DNA of 64,000 nt from Octopus vulgaris (Eukaryota), in assembly GCA_951406725.2 (NCBI GenBank), contig OX597822.1:94860001-94924000 (forward strand), read 5' to 3'. The translations under genes were made by a program, and so were the position numbers. Shown here piece by piece: positions 54,411-64,000 of this stretch (the stretch's first letter is position 1; each line of letters begins with the position of its first letter). A model generated the notes under the pieces. That model was not told where the DNA came from and did no database searches. It saw nothing but the letters and a program-made list of their open reading frames with translations.

Positions 54411-54728
54411 ATGTGTGTGTATACATATATATATATATATATATAATTAATTAATAAGGGTGAGAGAATTAGATAATAATTTAATAGTATATTTATTCCA
54501 CACCAAGTGGCCTAGTGCTACGAGAAACCTGGATTATTATAATATTTTATAACATATTATAATATTTTCACAAAATAAATATAAGAGAGTGGTCACTATA
54601 TTGATCACTCTAGCACCAGTTAATCCAAAAGGTTTCAACCACGAAAATACATGTTTCCCATGAAAGCCAGTACGACTGTTAGCTCACACGGACAGGGCAA
54701 ATAAAAAATAACAAAAATACAGATTATT

Positions 54729-54804
54729 TTGGGACAATTGTTTCGCTATTAATGAATTAAATGTAATATTACTTACAATAATCCATTTGTAGCTCGTCAG
54801 CCAA
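54729..54804 (-). ncRNA. Type I hammerhead ribozyme
   Basis: UUGG-CUGACGA-GCUA...UAGC-GAAAC-AAUU-GUC-CCAA: full conserved core with stems I, II and III. Confidence 0.85.
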
Positions 54805-55261
54805 GACTATCTGGATGAAATCCACTCAATCACACGCCAGATTTTACCATAACGATAAATACGCGTGTGGTTCAATTGATTACATCCGACGTTATAATTC
54901 AAATGCCCCAACCAACAGCGCGCCAAACCCTCACGGAAAACAAATACAGCATTTAGAAATAAATGCAGCATAATTATAATTAATTAATAAGGGTGAGAGA
55001 ATTAGATACTAATTTAATAGTATATTTATTCCACACCAAGTGGCCTAGTGCTACGAGAAACCTGGATTATTATAATATTTTATAACATATTATAATATTT
55101 TCACAAAATAAATATAAGAGAGTGGTCACTATATTGATCACTCTAGCACCAGTTAATCCAAAAGGTTTCAACCACGAAAATACATGTTTCCCATGAAAGC
55201 CAGTACGACTGTTAGCTCACACGGACAGGGCAAATAAAAAATAACAAAAATACAGATTATT

Positions 55262-55337
55262 TTGGGACAATTGTTTCGCTATTAATGAATTAAATGTAAT
55301 ATTACTTACAATAATCCATTTGTAGCTCGTCAGCCAA
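55262..55337 (-). ncRNA. Type I hammerhead ribozyme
   Basis: Identical to 54729-54804. Confidence 0.85.
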
Positions 55338-55794
55338 GACTATCTGGATGAAATCCACTCAATCACACGCCAGATTTTACCATAACGATAAATACGCGTG
55401 TGGTTCAATTGATTACATCCGACGTTATAATTCAAATGCCCCAACCAACAGCGCGCCAAACCCTCACGGAAAACAAATACAGCATTTAGAAATAAATGCA
55501 GCATAATTATAATTAATTAATAAGGGTGAGAGAATTAGATACTAATTTAATAGTATATTTATTCCACACCAAGTGGCCTAGTGCTACGAGAAACCTGGAT
55601 TATTATAATATTTTATAACATATTATAATATTTTCACAAAATAAATATAAGAGAGTGGTCACTATATTGATCACTCTAGCACCAGTTAATCCAAAAGGTT
55701 TCAACCACGAAAATACATGTTTCCCATGAAAGCCAGTACGACTGTTAGCTCACACGGACAGGGCAAATAAAAAATAACAAAAATACAGATTATT

Positions 55795-55870
55795 TTGGGA
55801 CAATTGTTTCGCTATTAATGAATTAAATGTAATATTACTTACAATAATCCATTTGTAGCTCGTCAGCCAA
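55795..55870 (-). ncRNA. Type I hammerhead ribozyme
   Basis: Identical to 54729-54804. Confidence 0.85.
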
Positions 55871-56442
55871 GACTATCTGGATGAAATCCACTCAATCACA
55901 CGCCAGATTTTACCATAACGATAAATACGCGTGTGGTTCAATTGATTACATCCGACGTTCATTAATAGCGAAACAATTGTCCCAAAATAATCCGTATTTT
56001 TGTTATTTTTTATTTGCCCTGTCCGTGTGAGCTAACAGTCGTACTGGCTTTCATGGGAAACATGTATTTTCGTGGTTGAAACCTTTTGGATTAACTGGTG
56101 CTAGAGTGATCAATATAGTGACCACTCTCTTATATTTATTTTGTGAAAATATTATAATATGTTATAAAATATTATAATAATCCAGGTTTCTCGTAGCACT
56201 AGGCCACTTGGTGTGGAATAAATATACTATTAAATTAGTATCTAATTCTCTCACCCTTATTAATTAATTATAATTATGCTGCATTTATTTCTAAATGCTG
56301 TATTTGTTTTCCGTGAGGGTTTGGCGCGCTGTTGGTTGGGGCATTTGAATTATAACGTCGGATGTAATCAATTGAACCACACGCGTATTTCTCGTTATGG
56401 TAAAATCTGGCGTGTGACTGAGTGGATTTCATCCAGATAGTC

Positions 56443-56518
56443 TTGGCTGACGAGCTACAAATGGATTATTGTAAGTAATATTACATTTAATTCATTAATA
56501 GCGAAACAATTGTCCCAA
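56443..56518 (+). ncRNA. Type I hammerhead ribozyme
   Basis: TTGGCTGACGAGCTA...TAGCGAAACAATTGTCCCAA. Predicted cleavage after C56514. Confidence 0.85.
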
Positions 56519-56974
56519 AATAATCTGTATTTTTGTTATTTTTTATTTGCCCTGTCCGTGTGAGCTAACAGTCGTACTGGCTTTCATGGGAAACATGTAT
56601 TTTCGTGGTTGAAACCTTTTGGATTAACTGGTGCTAGAGTGATCAATATAGTGACCACTCTCTTATATTTATTTTGTGAAAATATTATAATATGTTATAA
56701 AATATTATAATAATCCAGGTTTCTCGTAGCACTAGGCCACTTGGTGTGGAATAAATATACTATTAAATTAGTATCTAATTCTCTCACCCTTATTAATTAA
56801 TTATAATTATGCTGCATTTATTTCTAAATGCTGTATTTGTTTTCCGTGAGGTTTGGCGCGCTGTTGGTTGGGGCATTTGAATTATAACGTCGGATGTAAT
56901 CAATTGAACCACACGCGTATTTATCGTTATGGTAAAATCTGGCGTGTGATTGAGTGGATTTCATCCAGATAGTC

Positions 56975-57050
56975 TTGGCTGACAAGCTACAAATGGATTA
57001 TTGTAAGTAATATTACATTTAATTCATTAATAGCGAAACAATTGTCCCAA
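56975..57050 (+). ncRNA. Hammerhead copy with core mutation G8A (CTGACAA), probably inactive
   Basis: Same motif except CTGACAAGCTA. Confidence 0.7.
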
Positions 57051-57197
57051 AATAATCTGTATTTTTGTTATTTTTTATTTGCCCTGTCCGTGTGAGCTAA
57101 CAGTCGTACTGGCTTTCATGGGAAACATGTATTTTCGTGGTTGAAACCTTTTGGATTAACTGGTGCTAGAGTGATCAATATAGTGACCACTCTCTTA

Positions 57198-57245
<48 letters not shown>

Positions 57246-57906
57246 TATATATATATATATATACATACATATATGTGACCTCGTGTGTACCGTTGGTGAT
57301 TTTTTTTTCCTCTCACATATCCATGACTATTTTCAATCCAGAAGCAAGACCAGGTGAAAACGTTTGTGAACGGTGACTGATGTAGTCAATGGCTGAGATA
57401 ATCTTACCTCATCTTGCTCTCTGCACTCCAGAATGTCACTTCCCCTTCCGTTGAACCATGGAGGTTTCTTCCACAGACACCGCCAAATCCAATATTCAGA
57501 TGTAGCCGGATTAGGAGGATTGTGGAACTAACTCTTAGACACTGTTGATCCGAGTTCAATTGTAATACGTCATAGCACCACCTGACAACGTTTCAGCTTT
57601 GGGTTAATTACCTTATTATTAGGATTTACCTGTCTGTGCATCTCAATATTGGATTTGCCGGTGTCTGTTGAAGAAACCATCATGATTCAACGGAAGAGGA
57701 AGTGACATTCTGGAGTGCAGAGATCAAGATGAGGTAAGATTATCTCAGACATCGTCTACATCATTTTAAACAATTTCACCGTGAACCTGCCATAACTGAT
57801 ATTCTGTGAATACTCTACAGGTTTATGACTTTGAATATGCTTCCTTTCGGATTTATGACTTACTGAGGATATATCTGTGTGTATGAATGTATGTGTGTGT
57901 ATATAC

Positions 57907-57968
<62 letters not shown>

Positions 57969-58165
57969 GGGGGGTTAGAGAAGGGAATGTTAGCAGCCAC
58001 AGATGTAAATAGCCCCTCACTTCAAAAACATAGACAATATACAAACAATAAAAAAAAACTAATAAACAGACATGAATAAATTCATTGTAAAACTTCAGAC
58101 GACACGGAAGAGATAAACGACACAATAAAGTAAAAAAAAATATTCAATAAAGCAAAAACGATTTA

Positions 58166-58257
58166 CGCCCGCAGAGGGACTTGAACCCGCGACCCTCAGA
58201 TAACTTCTAAGGTTGACCTATAAAAGTCTGATGCTCTACCGACTGAGCTATGCGGGC
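58166..58257 (-). tRNA. tRNA-Lys(UUU), 19-nt intron
   Basis: Intact, T5 terminator. Confidence 0.93.
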
Positions 58258-59578
58258 GGACATTTAGTAATCTCTCATATTATCTATAAAAGCAAAGTTG
58301 AAAGAACATTCCTCTTTGTATTGCACTGTCATGACTATTCATTGAGCGTCCATTGTTTATAGCAAACTGAGGTACATAGATATAATAATGTTCAAGCGTG
58401 TCTTATGTTTCACCGATTAAATATTCCACTTAGGTAGGTTAGCTTTTTCGAAAGAAAAACTGTTCAGAACCCATCACCTCTCACAGGATTTCATACGATC
58501 TTGTCAGAGCTCAAGATAAGTGTGTGTAAAACTGTAAGTGGAGAAAACCGGAAATGTTCCCGAATTCTTGTAAAACAGTGGAAACACAAACTACGAGATG
58601 TTGATATAAATTCGTGCAACGGCTCAAATTTGACAGCTTTGTTTGTACATATATGTACGTATAATTGCATATATGCATATCTTATTTATATTATTATATG
58701 ATCGAACGCCACAAATCTTTTTCCAAGTAAGTTTTATCTTAATAATTACGATGCGCACTCTTCTATCTTTACTATCTCTTCCCTGTCTATCTCTCTCCCT
58801 CTCTTGTTCTTCATCCTTTCTGGCTATCTCTCCCTATTCTTCCCTATTCTTCTCTTCTCCTCTTCACCGTTCCCTCTCTCTCAGTCCTCCTCCTCGACTC
58901 TGTCGTCCCTCACACGTGACGAAAGTGAATCTATCTTTCTGACTACTACCTTCGTAAAGACAACAACGTGCTAAAACTGTCTCCTTCATAAGCTCGTCCT
59001 CCTAGCGTTCAGAAGCATATTTCTATCGTCCTGACTTAACAGCCCTCGACGTTTGTTTTTACTGTTTTGTTTTCAATGTTCTGTTCTTGTTACCACTTTC
59101 ACACGCTGCAAAAAAATAAATAAATTTTATTTAACTTGCTTTGCGGGAAGCACTGTTTCAAGGAAGTCTCGTCTTCTCCTTACTTTCGTAACGCGGAGTA
59201 GATGAAACATGGACAACTGAAGAAGGGGAATATTCTTTATGTTGTAAGTCTCGTCTTTCTGTTTTTTTCCGTTGTTCGAAAAAAAAGGTCGTTTCTATGT
59301 TTTTGTACTTATGTTTTCGCTTTTCTTTGTATTCAACGTTTTTTTATGTCCTGTACACATATATGCATGTATATATACATATATATGTAGGTATGTACAT
59401 ATATATATATATATATATAAACATATATATGTATATGTGTGTGTGTGTGTGTATATATACAAATATATATATATATATATACATATATATATGCATATAC
59501 ATATATATATATGTATATATGTATATATATACATATATATATGTACATATATATATATATACATATATATATATACAT

Positions 59579-59672
<94 letters not shown>

Positions 59673-60388
59673 TTCATCTTTTAGACCGATGTGGACCTTC
59701 TACTCATATTTATAGGTGACTGATGACTTGTGCGGTGTATTTGTTTAAGACGAAGATTTGCATCTTGTCAACTTCTGCTTCTCTCTCATATCCGTGACTA
59801 TCTTCAATCCAGAAGCAAGACCAGGTGAAAACGTTTGGGAATGGTGACTGATGTAGTCAATGGCTGAGATAATCTTACCTCATCTTGCTCTCTGCACTCC
59901 AGAATGTCACTTCCCCTTCCGTTGAACCATGAAGGTTTCTTCCACAGACACCGCCAAATCCAATATTCAGATTTTGCCGGATTAGGAGGATTGTGGAACT
60001 AACTCTTAGACACTGTTGATCCGAGTTCAATTGTAATGCGTCATAGCAGCACCTGACAACGTTTCAGCTTTGGGTTAATTACCTTATTATTAGAATTTAC
60101 CTGCCTGTGCATCTCAATATTGGATTTGCCGGTGTCTGTGGAAGAAACCATCATGATTCAACGGAAGAGGAAGTGACATTCTGGAGTGCAGAGAGCAGCA
60201 AGATGAGGTAAGATTATCTCAGACATCGTCTACATCATTTTAAACAATTTCACCGTCAACCTGCCATAACTGATATTGTGTGAATACTCTAAAGGTGTAT
60301 GACTTTGAATATGCTTCTTTTCGGATTTATGATTTACTGAGGATATATCTGTGTGTATGAATGTATGTGTGTGTATATACATATGTAT

Positions 60389-60540
60389 ATTGTATTGGCA
60401 TCCTTTCTGTCTCGGGAGACAATGGAGTTGCGCATGTTTTTTGTTTTTTTTTGTTTTCTTTTTGTAGTCTAGTCCGGCTTTTACATTTCATGTCCTGATA
60501 CATTTCCTGCTGTGGCTGTGTAGTCCTATCCTGGACAAAC
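60389..60540. mobile_element. ~150-bp retroposon-like insertion with 10-bp TSD (ACATATGTAT); duplicated at ~63202-63353
   Basis: Absent from the earlier units. Flanked by a direct repeat. Confidence 0.65.
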
Positions 60541-60547
60541 ACATATG

Positions 60548-60610
<63 letters not shown>

Positions 60611-60796
60611 GGGGGGTTAGAGAAGGGAATGTTAGCAGACACAGATGTAAATAGCCTCTCACTTCAAAAACATAGACAATATACAAACAATAAAAAAAAA
60701 CTAATATACAGACATGAATAAATTCATTGTAAAACTTCAGACGAAATCATAGACTCACGGAAGAGATAAACGACACAATAAAGTAAAAAAAGGTTA

Positions 60797-60888
60797 CGCC
60801 CGCAGAGGGACTTGAACCCGCACCCCTCAGATAACTTCTAAGGTTGACCTATAAAAGTCTGATTCTCTACCGACTGAGCTATGCGGGC
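60797..60888 (-). tRNA. tRNA-Lys(UUU) variant (G10:A25 mismatch, variable loop GGGGT), 19-nt intron
   Basis: GAGAATC replaces GAGCATC and GGGGT replaces GGGTC. May be impaired. Confidence 0.7.
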
Positions 60889-61308
60889 GGACATTTAGCA
60901 ATCTCTCATATTATCTATAAAAGCAAAGTTGAAAGAACATTTCTCTTTGCATTGCACTGTCATGACTATTCATTGAGCGTCCATTGTTTATAGCAAACTG
61001 AGGTACATAGATATAATAATGTTCAAGCGTGTCTTATGTTTCACCGATTAAATATTCCACTTAGGTAGGTTAGCTTTTTCGAAAGAAAAACTGTTCAGAA
61101 CCCATCACCTCTCACAGGATTTCATACGATCTTGTCAGAGCTCAAGATAAGTGTGTAAAACTGTAAGTGGAGAAAACCGGAAATGTTCCCGAATTCTTGT
61201 AAAACAGTGGAAACACAAACTACGAGATGTTGATATAAATTCGTGCAACGGCTCAAACCTGACAGCCTTGTTTGTACATATATGTATGTATATATGCATA
61301 TATATATA

Positions 61309-61365
<57 letters not shown>

Positions 61366-62255
61366 TAAGTAATTAAGGGTTTAGCAACGAATTGCCTCAC
61401 CAACACACCGAATTTAGCAATTCGTTGCTAAACCCTTAATTATATGGATTACTTAAATTTTCCTCGAATGGGGCTTTTACATGCCGAAATCTACTTGGTG
61501 TAATTGATAATTATTCCAAATTGATTAATTTCACCCTTTATTATTACTGATAACTATATATATATATATATATATATTATTATATGATCGAACGCCATGC
61601 GTCCTTTTCCAAGTAAGTTTTATCTTAAGAATTACAATGCGCACTCTTCTATCTTTACTATCTCTTCCCTGTCTATCTCTCTCCCTCTCTTGTTCTTCAT
61701 CCTTTCTGGCTTTCTCTCCCCATTCTTCCCTATTCTTCTCCTCTCTCTCAATCCTCCTCCTCGACTCTCTCGTCGCTAACACGTGACGAAAGAGAATCTA
61801 TCTTTCTGACTACTACATTCGTAAAGACAACAACGTGCTTATACAGTCTTCTTCATAAGCTCGCCCTCCTAGCGTTCAGAAGCATATTTCTATCGTATTG
61901 ACTTAACAACCCTCAACGTTTGTTTTTACGGTTTTGTTCTCATTGTTCTGTTCTTGTCACCACTTTCACACACTGCAAAAAAAAAATTGTTTAATTTGCT
62001 TTGCGGGAAGGACTGTTTCAATGAAGTCGCGTCTTCTCCTTACTTTCGTAACGCGGAGTAAATGAAACAGGGACAACTGAAGAAGGGGAATACTCTTTAT
62101 GTTGTATGTCTCTTTTCTCTGTTTTTTTTTTCGCTGTTCGAAAAAAAGTTCGTTTCTATGTTTTTGTACTTATGTTTTCGTTTTTCATTGTATTCAACGA
62201 TTCTTTTATGTCCTGTACCCATATATGCATGTATATATACATATATATGTAGTTA

Positions 62256-62313
<58 letters not shown>

Positions 62314-62418
62314 AACATAGATATATATGTGTGTGTGTATATATACATATATATATATACATATATATATATACGTATACATATATATATATGTATATAT
62401 ATATACATCTATATATAC

Positions 62419-62492
<74 letters not shown>

Positions 62493-63361
62493 TTCATCTT
62501 TTAGACTGATGTGGACCCTAGACTCATATTTATAGGTGACTGATCACTTGTGCTATGAATTTGTCTAAGATGAAGATTTGCATCTTGTCAACTCCTCCCT
62601 CTCTCTCATATCCGTGACTATCTTCAATCCAGAAGCAAGACCAGACGTCTGGGAATGGTGACAGATGTACTCAATGGCTGAGATAATCTTACCTCATCTT
62701 GCTCTCTGCACTCCAGAATGTCACTTCCCCTTCCGTTGAACCATGAAGGTTTCTTCCACAGACACCGCCAAATCCAATATTCAGATGTTGCCGGATTAGG
62801 AGGATTGTGGAACTAACTCTTAGACACGGTTGATCCGAGTTCAATTGTAATGCGTCATAGCAGCACCTGACAACGTTTCAGCTTTGGGTTAATTACCCTA
62901 TTATTAGAATTTACTTGCCTGTGCATCTCAATATTGGATTTGCCGGTGTCTGTGGAAGAAACCATCATGATTCAACGGAAGAGGAAGTGACATTCTGGAG
63001 TGCAGAGAGCAGCAAGATGAGGTAAGATTATCTCAGACATCGTCTACATCATTTTAAACAATTTCACCGTCAACCTGCCATAACTGATATTGTGTGAATA
63101 CTCTAAATGTGTATGACTTTGAATATGCTTCTTTTCGGATTTATGATTTACTGAGGATATATCTGTGTGTATGAATGTATGTGTGTGTATATACATATGT
63201 ATATTGTATTGGCATCCTTTCTGTCTCGGGAGACAATGGAGTTGCGCATGTTTTTTGTTTTTTTTTGTTTTCTTTTTGTAGTCTAGTCCGGCTTTTACAT
63301 TTCATGTCCTGATACATTTCCTGCTGTGGCTGTGTAGTCCTATCCTGGACAAACACATATG

Positions 63362-63426
<65 letters not shown>

Positions 63427-63614
63427 GGGGGGGGTTAGAGAAGGGAATGTTAGCAGACACAGATGTAAATAGCCTCTCACTTCAAAAACATAGACAATAT
63501 ACAAACAATAAAAAAAAACTAATATACAGACATGAATAAATTCATTGTAAAACTTCAGACGAAATCATAGACTCACGGAAGAGATAAACGACACAATAAA
63601 GTAAAAAAAGGTTA

Positions 63615-63706
63615 CGCCCGCAGAGGGACTTGAACCCGCACCCCTCAGATAACTTCTAAGGTTGACCTATAAAAGTCTGATTCTCTACCGACTGAGCTAT
63701 GCGGGC
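63615..63706 (-). tRNA. tRNA-Lys(UUU) variant identical to 60797
   Basis: Same three substitutions. Confidence 0.7.
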
Positions 63707-64000
63707 GGACATTTAGCAATCTCTCATATTATCTATAAAAGCAAAGTTGAAAGAACATTTCTCTTTGCATTGCACTGTCATGACTATTCATTGAGCGTCC
63801 ATTGTTTATAGCAAACTGAGGTACATAGATATAATAATGTTCAAGCGTGTCTTATGTTTCACCGATTAAATATTCCACTTAGGTAGGTTAGCTTTTTCGA
63901 AAGAAAAACTGTTCAGAACCCATCACCTCTCACAGGATTTCATACGATCTTGTCAGAGCTCAAGATAAGTGTGTGTAAAACTGTAAGTGGAGAAAACCGG

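Larger units (their letters stand above)
54443..57205. mobile_element. 533-bp tandem/inverted array bearing hammerhead ribozymes (retrozyme/Penelope-like)
   Basis: TAATAAGGGTGAGAGAATT at 54452, 54985 and 55518 (period 533). Strand switch at ~55958. Bounded by (TA)n and absent from sister units. Confidence 0.85.

Overview
AT-rich, microsatellite- and SINE-dense animal DNA with no credible protein-coding gene. The SINE families resemble those I recall from octopus/coleoid genomes, so the taxon is an inference. Two things stand out. (1) A cluster of 21 full-length tRNA-Lys(UUU) loci (19 well preserved, 2 decayed) plus two fragments, all with an intron at the canonical 37/38 position. The introns fall into several unrelated families (11, 18, 19, 19 and 31 nt). 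Every one keeps the G needed for the anticodon-intron pair, and the well-preserved genes share a pyrimidine-pyrimidine 50:64 T-stem mismatch. The cluster grew by inverted segmental duplication (1-34 kb) and by a ~2.6-3 kb tandem array (48-64 kb). (2) A 533-bp tandem-then-inverted array (54.4-57.2 kb) inserted in a (TA)n tract, in which each monomer carries a complete type I hammerhead ribozyme with a palindromic stem III. This is a retrozyme/Penelope-type candidate for circular RNA production. The rest is Merlin-type MITEs with TTAGGG tracts, a Merlin-like foldback element, decayed Merlin and mariner transposases, RTE LINE fragments, Helitron-like elements, solo LTRs and small hammerhead-like palindromes. 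Repeat boundaries were read by eye and are approximate.
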